A DNA stretch of 64,000 nucleotides, taken from the NCBI GenBank assembly GCA_022756575.1, contig JALBSH010000002.1, positions 556-64,555 of the forward strand, written 5' to 3'. How positions within the stretch are numbered: position 1 is the stretch's first letter; each line of letters begins with the position of its first letter. A model generated the notes under the pieces. The model searched no databases and had not been told where the DNA came from. It saw nothing but the letters and a program-made list of their open reading frames with translations. This DNA is from Lactobacillus mulieris. Lineage in GTDB: Bacteria; Bacillota; Bacilli; Lactobacillales; Lactobacillaceae. The position numbers and the translations under genes were made by a program. This document shows positions 1-9,095 of the stretch, one piece after another.

Positions 1-1
1 T

Positions 2-322
2 GAAAAGTTAGCCACTTTATTAGTTGAACAGGCACATTTAGTATCAGATGAGAATCGAGGTTTTGGTTTAAGTGAAAAAATTAAAACTTTGCGTCAAAAT
101 GCTATTTATCCAGCAACAATTATGCGGTTATTTGATCGATTGAGAACTTATGGGAGTATAGCTGTTCACTCAAGTATGAACATTGATGAATATACAGCGC
201 AACTTGCCTTACAAAACTATCACGATTTACTTGTCTTTCTTGCTAATTATCATGATGGATTAAATGCGAGGTATGCAGATATTTTATTAAAACGAGTACA
301 GAGAAAAAAAGTTACAGCATAA
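2..322 (+). CDS. 3' part of a DUF4145/HEPN-like domain protein (5' truncated by window)
   Basis: Frame is open from position 2 (EKLATLLVEQ...). LSEKIKTLR...LFDRLRTYGSIAVH resembles the DUF4145 'lR..GN.AaH' motif. Confidence 0.55.
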   Translation, partial: EKLATLLVEQAHLVSDENRGFGLSEKIKTLRQNAIYPATIMRLFDRLRTYGSIAVHSSMNIDEYTAQLALQNYHDLLVFLANYHDGLNARYADILLKRVQRKKVTA

Positions 323-382
323 TACTTGCATTTTAAATTAATGCGTGATTAAATATTTGATAAATAAATGAACAATAATTAA

Positions 383-640
383 AAGCTAAAAGACGAGTAG
401 ATTAATTCATTCTTACAGTGAGCTGACAGCTAGTGGAAAGTTAGCAGACCCTGAATTTTTTGAAAAACACTTTTTCATGCTGCGAGGTCGAATTCAGTAG
501 GCCAAGACGTAATCCCCAACGTTATCTCGGGACAGATGTGATTGCATCTGATTTAGAGTGGTCATTGTTTGACAAGTTGGGTGGTACCGCGGAAAGAGCC
601 TTTCGTCCCTTATACAATTGGGGATGGAAGGCTCTTTTTC
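383..640 (+). promoter_or_regulatory. T-box riboswitch, Asn specifier
   Basis: T-box AAGTTGGGTGGTACCGCG at 574-591. Stem I motifs (AGTGAGCTG...GTGGAA). Candidate specifier AAC at 466-468. Terminator at 592-640. Lies upstream of asnA. Confidence 0.93.
592..640 (+). terminator. T-box attenuator terminator
   Basis: AAAGAGCCTTTCGTCCC...GGGATGGAAGGCTCTTTTT hairpin with U-tract. Confidence 0.9.
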
Positions 641-671
641 ATTCCAAATTTATATTTTAGGAGAAATAATT

Positions 672-1679
672 ATGAAGACATTTATTCCCACTGATTACAA
701 GGCAACACGTAGTTTAAGAGAAACAGAAGAAGCAATTCGTGATATTAGAGATATCTTTCAGATTGAATTAGCTGAAAAGTTGAATTTACTTCGAGTTACA
801 GCTCCTTTGTTTGTTAAAAAATCATCTGGTTTCAACGATAATTTGAATGGTGTTGAACGTCCAGTTGCGTTTGAAACTAAAGAAGAACCTGATGAAGATT
901 TGCAAATTGTTCATTCACTTGCTAAATGGAAAAGATTCGCTTTAAAGCGATATGGCTTTAAAATGGGTGAAGGTCTTTTCACTAACATGAATGCAATTCG
1001 TCGAGATGAGGATACAGATAATCTACATTCAATTTATGTTGATCAATGGGATTGGGAAAAAATTATTGCTAAAGAAGATCGGACAACTGAGTTCTTGAAG
1101 AAGACTGTTAAAGATATTTATTCGGCAATGAAAATAACTGGTAAGAAGGTTGCTAAAAAATATGGAGATGTTTTTGAATTTCCAGAAGATATTTATTTTG
1201 TAACTAGTGAAGAATTAGAAGCTCGTTGGCCAGAACTTACTGCTAAAGAACGTGAAGATAGAATTTGTGAAGAATATAAAGCTGTGTTTGTTATGCATAT
1301 TGGTGGTAAGTTACCATTGTCTGGTGAACCACATGACCTTCGAGCACCAGATTATGATGATTGGAAATTAAATGGTGATTTGTTATTTTGGAACCCAGTT
1401 CTAAAATGTGCATTTGAAGTTTCTTCAATGGGAATTAGAGTTGATGAAGAAGTTTTGAAACGCCAGCTTACTCTAACTGATACTTTAGATAGATTAGAAT
1501 TGCCATTCCATAAAATGCTAATGGATGGCGAATTACCTTACACAATTGGTGGAGGAATTGGTCAATCCAGATTTTGTATGTTGCTTTTGAAAAAAGCTCA
1601 TATTGGTGAAGTACAAGTTAGTGTATGGCCTGAAGAAACAATAAAAGAATGTGAGGCAGGTGGCATACACCTACTTTAA
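672..1679 (+). CDS. asnA: Aspartate--ammonia ligase (asparagine synthetase A)
   Basis: Motifs VHSLAKWKR, HSIYVDQWDWE and TIGGGIGQSR. ATG at 672 follows AGGAG; the ORF-track start at 618 lies inside the terminator. Confidence 0.97.
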   Translation: MKTFIPTDYKATRSLRETEEAIRDIRDIFQIELAEKLNLLRVTAPLFVKKSSGFNDNLNGVERPVAFETKEEPDEDLQIVHSLAKWKRFALKRYGFKMGEGLFTNMNAIRRDEDTDNLHSIYVDQWDWEKIIAKEDRTTEFLKKTVKDIYSAMKITGKKVAKKYGDVFEFPEDIYFVTSEELEARWPELTAKEREDRICEEYKAVFVMHIGGKLPLSGEPHDLRAPDYDDWKLNGDLLFWNPVLKCAFEVSSMGIRVDEEVLKRQLTLTDTLDRLELPFHKMLMDGELPYTIGGGIGQSRFCMLLLKKAHIGEVQVSVWPEETIKECEAGGIHLL

Positions 1680-1727
1680 TCCTAGAACATGATATAATTA
1701 TCTAAAATCATGTTTAAGGAGAACAAG

Positions 1728-4127
1728 ATGGCAGCGAAGCAACATATAGATTTGGATATTGGGTTAACTACTCCTGAAGTTAGTAAGAGAATAAAGCAAG
1801 GATTAGTTAATGAGGCAACTGATAATCAGTTTAAGTCTAATTGGCAAATTATTGCCGAAAATACTTTTACTTACTTTAATTTGATTTTTGCGATTTTGGC
1901 TGGATTGTTAATAGTAGTTGGCTCTTATCGTGATTTATCTTTTTTGCCAGTAATCATTGCTAATACTATCATTGGGATAGTTCAGGAAATCCGTGCAAAG
2001 CATGTTTTATCCAAATTGACAGTAATGAATGAAGCTGAAGTTCTTGTTATTCGCGATGGGAAAAAAATACGACAACCAATTGAAAAATTAGTGCAAGATG
2101 ATGTTGTTATTTTGACAACAGGTGATCAAATTCCTGCTGATGGTAGAGTTTTAGCTTGTGAAGCAAGAGTTAATGAAGCATTGCTTACAGGTGAAGCTGA
2201 TGAAATTAAGAAAACTATTGGTTCAGAGTTGATGTCTGGAAGCTTCCTAGTTTCTGGGGAGATTTATATGCAACTAGAAAAAGTTGGTAATGAATCTTAT
2301 ATAGCTAAATTAACTCTCGAAGCTAAGGCTATGAAATCAGTTGAGCAAAGTGAAATGGTTCGTTCCATTAATAAAATTATCAAGTGGGTTGGTATCATTA
2401 TTATTCCTTTGGGGATAGCACTATTTTCTCAAAGTTATTTCCTCAATCATGCTGGTTTAGCAGAAAGTATTACTTCTATGGAAGCTGCAATTATTGGAAT
2501 GATTCCAGAGGGGTTATACTTATTGACTACCATTGCATTGGCTATGGCTGCAACAAGGTTAGCACGAAGACGGGTAATGCTACATAATATGAAAAGTGTG
2601 GAAACTTTAGCCCGAGTAAATGTTCTTTGTGTAGATAAAACTGGGACAATTACTGAACCGGTCATGACAGTACAAAAAGCAATTACCAGTAATAATGTAA
2701 CAAATAGTGATTTAAATAAATACTTAGCTGACTTTTCTGGTAATATGCCAGTTGATAATGAAACAATGAAGGCAGTAAGTGAAAAATTTAAGACACGCTT
2801 GTTTCAAAAAGCTAAGCTGATTGTTCCGTTTACTTCTGTGAATAAATATTCCGCAGCAGTTTTTGAAGAATATAGTTTAGTATTGGGCGCTCCAGAAATG
2901 GTGTTGCGAGCTGATTTTGAAAAGTATCTTCCAGAATTTCAATCATATGTTGAATCTGGATATCGAGTAGTAGTTTTTGCTAAATATCCCAAAGAAATTT
3001 CTGAAAACTCTCCTTTAACAGAATCTGTATCTGTATTGGGTTATATTTTAATTAATAATCCTATCCGCAAAGAGGCGCCAGCAACTTTTAAATATTTTGC
3101 AAAACAAGGCGTTGATATTAAAGTGATTTCAGGTGATAATCCTGTTACAGTTTCTCGAGTAGCTAGAGAAGCAGGAATTAGAAATTCTGAGAAATATATA
3201 GATTTATCAAAATTTAATGGTGAATATAAAGATGCAGTAAAAGAATACACTGTATTTGGGAGAGTTAAGCCTGACCAAAAAAAGAAGTTGATTTTAGCAC
3301 TTAAAGAAGTTGGCAAAACTGTTGCTATGACAGGTGATGGAGTCAATGATATTTTAGCAATGAAAGAAGCAGATTGTTCTATTGCCATGGCTTCAGGTAA
3401 TTCTGCAGCTGTGCAAGCTTCCCAAGTAGTGTTGCTTGATTCTAATTTTGCAAAAATGCCAGATGTTGTTAATGAAGGTAGACGAGTTGTTAATAATATT
3501 GAACGAAGTGCGAGCCTATTTCTTGTTAAAAATATCTTTTCATTTTTAATGTCAATAATTTCATTAATGTTGACCGTAAATTATCCTTTGCGTCCATCAC
3601 AGATAACGTTGATTAGTGCCTTTACAATTGGCCTGCCGTCATTTTTATTGGCTTTAGAGAGTAATCATAATATTATTCGTGGTAATTTTATTGCCAATGT
3701 TTTATCTAAATCAATTCCAGGGGGCTTAACAGATATGTTGGCCGTTTGGGTTTTGATTGCAGCTAATATGGCACTAGATTTAGGACATAAAGACTTATCG
3801 ACTACTGCAACTATGGTATTAGTTGCTGTGGGGATGATGGTTTTATATCACATTTCTGAACAATTCAGGTTAGGGGTAATGGTTATAGCTTTCTTTACAA
3901 TTGTTGTATCGATTGTATTCTTCCATCATTTCTTCGCACTAACCATGATTTCAGGTAGATCTATATTCTTATTAGTTGTTTTGTTCTTTGCAGAAGTTTC
4001 AATCTTTAGATGGCTATCGGCAATAGCTGATGGCATGGCTGAAGTAGGAGCAACTTTAGTACAAAATGGGCGAGAAACAACTTTTGCACAGGTAAAGGCA
4101 GCTTATAAGCGAGGGAAAAATAATTAA
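1728..4127 (+). CDS. Cation-transporting P-type ATPase (CtpE-like)
   Basis: Motifs TGE, IPEG, DKTGT, SGDN and GDGVND. RBS AAGGAG before ATG 1728. Extended -10 TGaTATAAT at about 1690-1698. Confidence 0.92.
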   Translation: MAAKQHIDLDIGLTTPEVSKRIKQGLVNEATDNQFKSNWQIIAENTFTYFNLIFAILAGLLIVVGSYRDLSFLPVIIANTIIGIVQEIRAKHVLSKLTVMNEAEVLVIRDGKKIRQPIEKLVQDDVVILTTGDQIPADGRVLACEARVNEALLTGEADEIKKTIGSELMSGSFLVSGEIYMQLEKVGNESYIAKLTLEAKAMKSVEQSEMVRSINKIIKWVGIIIIPLGIALFSQSYFLNHAGLAESITSMEAAIIGMIPEGLYLLTTIALAMAATRLARRRVMLHNMKSVETLARVNVLCVDKTGTITEPVMTVQKAITSNNVTNSDLNKYLADFSGNMPVDNETMKAVSEKFKTRLFQKAKLIVPFTSVNKYSAAVFEEYSLVLGAPEMVLRADFEKYLPEFQSYVESGYRVVVFAKYPKEISENSPLTESVSVLGYILINNPIRKEAPATFKYFAKQGVDIKVISGDNPVTVSRVAREAGIRNSEKYIDLSKFNGEYKDAVKEYTVFGRVKPDQKKKLILALKEVGKTVAMTGDGVNDILAMKEADCSIAMASGNSAAVQASQVVLLDSNFAKMPDVVNEGRRVVNNIERSASLFLVKNIFSFLMSIISLMLTVNYPLRPSQITLISAFTIGLPSFLLALESNHNIIRGNFIANVLSKSIPGGLTDMLAVWVLIAANMALDLGHKDLSTTATMVLVAVGMMVLYHISEQFRLGVMVIAFFTIVVSIVFFHHFFALTMISGRSIFLLVVLFFAEVSIFRWLSAIADGMAEVGATLVQNGRETTFAQVKAAYKRGKNN

Positions 4128-4184
4128 TAGAATATTTTGTTGGAAAGTGTCTAGAAAAACTAACTTTTAATAAAAGTTGAAAAT

Positions 4185-4236
4185 AAAAAAAGTTGATATA
4201 TCAAGGTTTTATATAACCAAGATTATCAACTTTTTT
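4185..4236. terminator. Probable bidirectional terminator between convergent ATPase and PTS IID
   Basis: AAAAAAGTTGATA...TATCAACTTTTTT inverted repeat. Confidence 0.65.
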
Positions 4237-4274
4237 GCGTTATAGAAGCTTTTTCGCAGCTCTTTTATCAAAAA

Positions 4275-5075
4275 CTATGCTCCTAAGATGTGAAAATAAC
4301 TTAAAACAATTCCTAAAACTAATACAAATAAAATTACTTTTGTAGAAGTCATCTTTTTTCTACCTAAAAGCCAGTAAACAAATGCCACTAATAATACAGG
4401 AATTAGAGAAGGCATAATTTGATTTAAAACAGTTTGTAATTTTAAGGTTACTTTTCCCGCTGAAAAGACAAACGGAACATCTGCTTTAATTACCGTTGGA
4501 ATTAATGCGCCAACAACTGTTACACCAAGCAAAATTGCGGAGTCTGTAACGGCATTTAACTTCCCTTCGGCTGAATTAATTAATTTTTCTCCTTGGTAGT
4601 AACCCATTGGTAAAATTGCAAATCTTGCAAATAAAATAAAAATATTTACCAATAACCAGATAATAGCTCCTAAAGCATTTCCCTTTAAGCCCATGTATGC
4701 TCCAATTGAACCACAAATAGTTGGGATGATTACTCCAAATATTGTATCCCCAACACCTGCAAGTGGACCCATTAGTCCAGTTTTAATACCAGCAACAGTT
4801 TCTTTTGCTTTGTAACCTTGATGTTCTTCAATTGCTAAATCCATTCCGATAATAAATGGGCCAGTAAAAGCATTCGTATTAAAAAATTGAGAATGCATTT
4901 TCATCATGTCTACAAGTTCGTCATCTTGATAGAATCTTTTTAAAAATGGTAATACAGTATAGAAATATCCTGGTGCCATCATTTTTTCATAGTTCCAAGA
5001 TAATTGACTTGCCCAAAGCCAGCGCCAATTTGCTTGAAATAAATCTTTTTTTGTTAATTTAGTATTAGTCTTCAT
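4275..5075 (-). CDS. PTS mannose/fructose/sorbose family IID component
   Basis: Motifs SWNYEKMM, FFNTN and KTGLMGPLAGVGD. Start at 5075 after GGAGGG; overlaps the IIC stop. Confidence 0.95.
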   Translation of the reverse strand: MKTNTKLTKKDLFQANWRWLWASQLSWNYEKMMAPGYFYTVLPFLKRFYQDDELVDMMKMHSQFFNTNAFTGPFIIGMDLAIEEHQGYKAKETVAGIKTGLMGPLAGVGDTIFGVIIPTICGSIGAYMGLKGNALGAIIWLLVNIFILFARFAILPMGYYQGEKLINSAEGKLNAVTDSAILLGVTVVGALIPTVIKADVPFVFSAGKVTLKLQTVLNQIMPSLIPVLLVAFVYWLLGRKKMTSTKVILFVLVLGIVLSYFHILGA

Positions 5076-5847
5076 ATTCACCCTCCGCATTTTCATAACT
5101 TGTAGTGTTTGTTTGCATTGTAGGGGTATTTTCTCGTTTGTAATTCAAAATTGCTAGTGCAGCACCAAGTAAAGCTACACCTAGCATTGGCATTTTTAGA
5201 TAGGCTGCAGCTAAGAAACCAATTATCAAATATGAAATAAATTTTTTTGTTGGTAAGTAGCGTAATAAAATGGCAATCCCTACAACTGGCAAAATTCCAC
5301 CAGAAACTTTGAGTCCATTTGTTAACCAAACTGGAACAACACGTAAAATAGTTTTGACAACGTCATTGCCGATTACTAATAAAATAAAGACAGGAATAGC
5401 TCTAGATAATCCCCAAGCTAGAAAGCCTAAGTATGCATTGCGACTTGCTACTTTTGTATTGTTATTTTTGATGGCTTGCTCCATTTTATGTTGAAAAATT
5501 GTATTAAAAAAACGTGCTAAAACATCAAGTTGTACCATTAATAAGCCAACTGGAACTGCTAGTCCAATGGCAAATTGAGTACCTTTGTTTGTTAAAACAG
5601 CATAAACTGTTCCTACTATTGCACCTGTCATAAAATCAGGCATACTTGCTCCACCATATGTTGAAACACCGAGAACCATTAATTGTAGTGTTGAGCCAAC
5701 AACTAGACCTGTTTTTATGTCTCCCATTATAATTCCGGAAATCATTCCAATTAAAAGAGGGGAGTTAATTGTTACTAAAGTAAGCTGATCTAATATCATC
5801 CAAAAAGCTAAGGCTGTTAATAGAATAATTTGCCACCATGCAATCAT
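5065..5847 (-). CDS. PTS mannose-family IIC component (galactose/amino-sugar type)
   Basis: Motifs GIIMGD..TGL..G..LQL, GGASMPD and GGILPVVGIAILL. The N-terminal WWQIILLT resembles Aga/Gad/Gnb-type IIC proteins. Confidence 0.93.
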   Translation of the reverse strand: MIAWWQIILLTALAFWMILDQLTLVTINSPLLIGMISGIIMGDIKTGLVVGSTLQLMVLGVSTYGGASMPDFMTGAIVGTVYAVLTNKGTQFAIGLAVPVGLLMVQLDVLARFFNTIFQHKMEQAIKNNNTKVASRNAYLGFLAWGLSRAIPVFILLVIGNDVVKTILRVVPVWLTNGLKVSGGILPVVGIAILLRYLPTKKFISYLIIGFLAAAYLKMPMLGVALLGAALAILNYKRENTPTMQTNTTSYENAEGEYED

Positions 5848-6761
5848 TAATTTTGTCCTCCAGTTTCGTTACTTTTAAGTAAGTTCATAAAATCTTCTCG
5901 TGCTTCACTAGGTATCATTTGATGATATATAGTTAGTCCTTTGTCTGCTAAGTATTTAAAATCAGCAATATCACTGACTGTTACGGCAACACTTTTTGCG
6001 ACTTGCTGAGATCCTTCTTTGGTTGACATATTACCAACATTGATTTCTGGTAACTTAAGTCCCAAATCAACTAGTTGCTTTAAAATCGCAGGTCTTTTTA
6101 CTAAAATTAAAACTGTTTGCCCCTGATATTGTCCTTGCTTGATTCTTTTAGCTGCACCTGCAGCTGTTAGGATACTTAAATGAATACCATTAGGGCAAGC
6201 TGTTTTAAGAGCAGTTTTTTGAATGGGACTTTTAACAATTTGATCATCAATTACCATTAACCTTGTTAGTTTTAAAGCATTAGTCCACATAGTCGCAACT
6301 TGTCCATGAATTAAACGTTCATCAATTCGGACAAACATAGCAGTTTTTTGAGTTGTACTTTTAGTTATAGTGCTAACCTTGTTTTTTTCTTCCGGCTTTT
6401 TTTCTCCTAATAAGCCACTTGTTTGTGCTACTTGTTTATATGCATCAGAGAATGGCGTTCCACTTGCAACTGCCAAAAGTAAGGAAAAAGATAAACCTGT
6501 ATATATCTTTACTTCTGGATGTTGGGCTTGAAACCTAATTGCAGTATTTGCCGGAGTTCCTCCAGTAAAATCTACAATAATTGCATCTAATTTTGTAAAT
6601 GTTTGTGCTGCAACTTCGATTTCTTTAAGTAAATCATCCTGATTCATGGTTTGCTTAAATTCAATTGCTTTTATATTTTTTAACTGGCCAAGAATCATTT
6701 CACAACTGCTTAAAGTTGCCTTGGCGTAGCTTCCATGACTAATTAATAATAAATTAGGCAT
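5847..6761 (-). CDS. PTS mannose-family fused IIA-IIB component
   Basis: IIA motifs LISHG and DFTGGTPAN, a linker, then IIB motif RIDERLIHGQV. RBS GGAGG. Confidence 0.95.
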   Translation of the reverse strand: MPNLLLISHGSYAKATLSSCEMILGQLKNIKAIEFKQTMNQDDLLKEIEVAAQTFTKLDAIIVDFTGGTPANTAIRFQAQHPEVKIYTGLSFSLLLAVASGTPFSDAYKQVAQTSGLLGEKKPEEKNKVSTITKSTTQKTAMFVRIDERLIHGQVATMWTNALKLTRLMVIDDQIVKSPIQKTALKTACPNGIHLSILTAAGAAKRIKQGQYQGQTVLILVKRPAILKQLVDLGLKLPEINVGNMSTKEGSQQVAKSVAVTVSDIADFKYLADKGLTIYHQMIPSEAREDFMNLLKSNETGGQN

Positions 6762-6834
6762 ATTTTCGCCTCCAAAATCAATCTGTTACTGATTATATAC
6801 TAATAGCTAGAAAAAGCTAACCAATTTTTCAATT

Positions 6835-6970
6835 ATTGACATAAACCGTATGATAAATTAGCATAAATTATGACTAGACCAATTTTTGAAACCTTGAAGT
6901 TATTAGTTTGTAATCGCTTTACAAACTAAAGATATATAATTGAGAAAAAAGCACTTTGGTATAAACCACT
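6835..6970. promoter_or_regulatory. Cluster of NagR/DasR (GntR-HutC family)-like operators
   Basis: TTTGGTATAAACCACT (6955-6970), TTATGACTAGACCAAT (6868-6883) and a weaker ATTGACATAAACCGTA (6835-6850), compared with dre-type A(T/G)TGGT(A/C)TAGACCA(A/C)T. Confidence 0.6.
6903..6929. promoter_or_regulatory. cre-like site inside a perfect 11-bp inverted repeat
   Basis: TTAGTTTGTAA-TCGCT-TTACAAACTAA. The core TGTAATCGCTTTACA is one nt longer than the canonical 14-bp cre. Confidence 0.5.
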
Positions 6971-7126
6971 TTTTAGTGTTTTAGGGTGCAGACTGGTAAA
7001 ATAAAATCAGATAAATTTTACAAGAAGGTATACATTTTTATTTATATTGGATTTTTACAAGAAAACCGTACTTTTTGCCAAAGTATTCTTAAAAAGTAAA
7101 TATTTTCTAACAGCAGAGGAAAAATT

Positions 7127-7936
7127 ATGGAAGAAGATAGAGAATTAATTTATTCTGATACAGATTTAGCCCAGTCGTTAAGAGAAATGGGAATAAGTTC
7201 TACTGACACTTTGTTAGTAAATTTACGGATGTCTGCACTGGGAATTTTTCCAGGGAAACAACAGTCTCTTTTTTCCGCTCTGAAGTTATTAGTTAAAGAT
7301 GGCAATATTATTTTGCCAAGTTTTAGCTTACATTTGAAAGAACCACAAGTTAGGGCAGAGTTAAAAGAAAAAATTATGAAAAAAATGCCAGCATTTGATT
7401 CTGAAGCTACTCCTGTGACGGGGTTAGATTCTTTTATGGAATACTTTCGAATGCAAAAGGAAGTTTTGCGTGACAATCATCCAATTTATTCTTTTTCAGC
7501 ATGGGGAAAAGACAAAGAAACAATTGTAAAGGCCCATACTTTTGATTTGCCATTTGGAAAACAAGGGGTTTTAGGACGTTTACTGAGATTGAATGCCAAA
7601 GTGGTGTGTTTAGGTACAAATTTTGAAACATGTTTAGCACCTTACTTGGCAGAATCAGAAATATCACGACCTCTAATTCAAGAAAAAGCCCCTGTATTAA
7701 TTGCAGGTGAAAAAGTTTGGGTAAGCTTTAATAATGTGGAATTAAATAAATATCATGATTATGAAGATTTAGGAACTCATTTTTTACAAAAATATCCTGT
7801 TAAGATTGCAAATTTACCTGCAGGTCAGATTTTGATTTTTAATTTACAGGACTTTGTTAATTTTGCTTGTGATTGGTATCAAAAAAAAGATCGAGTTCAT
7901 TTGCTTAATGCTGGTTGGAAAGGGCCAGAAATTTAG
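7127..7936 (+). CDS. AAC(3)/YokD-family acetyltransferase-fold protein with degenerate motifs
   Basis: Motifs MPAFD...TP, HPIYSFSAWG and PFG..G.L..L. The expected HSS and T..H.AE motifs read NLR and CLAPYLAE. Confidence 0.85.
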   Translation: MEEDRELIYSDTDLAQSLREMGISSTDTLLVNLRMSALGIFPGKQQSLFSALKLLVKDGNIILPSFSLHLKEPQVRAELKEKIMKKMPAFDSEATPVTGLDSFMEYFRMQKEVLRDNHPIYSFSAWGKDKETIVKAHTFDLPFGKQGVLGRLLRLNAKVVCLGTNFETCLAPYLAESEISRPLIQEKAPVLIAGEKVWVSFNNVELNKYHDYEDLGTHFLQKYPVKIANLPAGQILIFNLQDFVNFACDWYQKKDRVHLLNAGWKGPEI

Positions 7937-7953
7937 TATAAGAAGCGTATCTT

Positions 7954-7983
7954 TGGACATTGAAAGCGAAAACATGATAGGAT
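7954..7983 (+). promoter_or_regulatory. Putative sigma-A promoter with cre site in the spacer
   Basis: TGGACA-N18-TAGGAT with TG extension. TGAAAGCGAAAACA (7961-7974) matches TGWAANCGNTNWCA at 13/14. Confidence 0.55.
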
Positions 7984-8015
7984 AATTATAGATATATAAA
8001 AAGGGTGGGCTGTTT

Positions 8016-8108
8016 ATGGCAATTATTTTAACTTCTGTCTTTGTCGTTTTCGTTTTGGTTTGTGCATATATCTTTTCACATCATATTATTATTCAAGATA
8101 ATGAATAA
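8016..8108 (+). CDS. 30-aa small single-TM protein (MAIILTSVFVVFVLVCAYIFSHHIIIQDNE)
   Basis: SD-like AAAGGGTGG, ATG, a hydrophobic helix, and its own promoter and terminator. Below the ORF-track size cut-off. Confidence 0.6.
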   Translation: MAIILTSVFVVFVLVCAYIFSHHIIIQDNE

Positions 8109-8142
8109 AAAATAGGATTGGGTTTAACCAATCCTATTTTTT
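8107..8142. terminator. Bidirectional terminator
   Basis: AAAAAATAGGATTGG-gtttaa-CCAATCCTATTTTTT. Confidence 0.88.
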
Positions 8143-9079
8143 ACTTAAATTTAGCACTTAATGCTAACTCATCAAATTTTTCGAAAAACTTTTTCTTATC
8201 TGCCTTGGTAACTAGAGTCATTGGACGTCCTTGCTTTGATTCAACTAAGCGCCCAGCAGCTGCACCTTGGGTCAGAACATATGATTTGGCTTTGCGAGTT
8301 TCGACTAAATTAGGATAAAGGGCTGATAACGTAGTTAAGACATCCCATAAATAATATTGATTACCAGGTTGAGAAGAAATGATTAAACTATAGCCTAACC
8401 CAATTAAATCCATTGCAGGATAACGTCGTAAACTGGCAAAATGTTGTTTAAGATCCTCATTTAATGGGATTTCTTCCGTGCTTTCGAGGCCAACCATCTG
8501 AATGTCAATATTTGAATTCCAAACTCGTTCAACTGCTTCTGGATCCCAAAAAGCGTTCCATTCTTGAGTTGTGTCATAATAAGGAACAAATACATTTCCA
8601 TGACCGTCTAATGAACCACCCATCCAATATAATTTATCAATTTTGTTTTCAAGGCTTGGTTCATAATCAAGAGCCCGAGCTAAATCGGTTATCGGACCAG
8701 TCATAATTAAAGTCGTTTTTTCAGTTTGAGCCATAATTTTTTCTGCCATATCGATATGAGCAGGATTTTTAGCGGCTGGTGTATTAATTGTGCCATGTTC
8801 ATTCAAAATCGGAAAGCTGTTAAATGTAAAGGTGCTTTGACGCCATTCTTCTGGGAATTGGTGATGGGCACGTGAATTAGACATAGCTACTTCTAATTGA
8901 TGGTTGAAAGTATTGAAACGATCAATTATTTTTCTGCTAGCTTCGCATGATGCAACCACATCACCATCGCCATCAATCGCGCTGACTCCAATTAAGTTGA
9001 TATCTGGAGCTTGTAAAAGTAAAAGTAAAGAAACTAAATCGTCTGTATTTCCATCGTGATTAAAGTAAATGTTCTTCAT
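8141..9079 (-). CDS. Inosine-uridine preferring nucleoside hydrolase family protein
   Basis: N-terminal NHDGNTDD (variant of DxDxxxDD), plus TGPITD, WMGG, EWNAFWDPEA and LWDVL. Confidence 0.92.
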   Translation of the reverse strand: MKNIYFNHDGNTDDLVSLLLLLQAPDINLIGVSAIDGDGDVVASCEASRKIIDRFNTFNHQLEVAMSNSRAHHQFPEEWRQSTFTFNSFPILNEHGTINTPAAKNPAHIDMAEKIMAQTEKTTLIMTGPITDLARALDYEPSLENKIDKLYWMGGSLDGHGNVFVPYYDTTQEWNAFWDPEAVERVWNSNIDIQMVGLESTEEIPLNEDLKQHFASLRRYPAMDLIGLGYSLIISSQPGNQYYLWDVLTTLSALYPNLVETRKAKSYVLTQGAAAGRLVESKQGRPMTLVTKADKKKFFEKFDELALSAKFK

Positions 9080-9095
9080 TTTGGTAACCTTTCAT

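Noticed and set aside
460..671. 66-aa ORF at 460-660 and the 18-codon upstream extension of asnA
   Set aside because: They overlap the T-box RNA and its terminator; the real RBS and ATG are at 659-674.
7127..7936. Acquired aminoglycoside resistance gene
   Set aside because: Host-like composition, no mobile context and missing signature residues.
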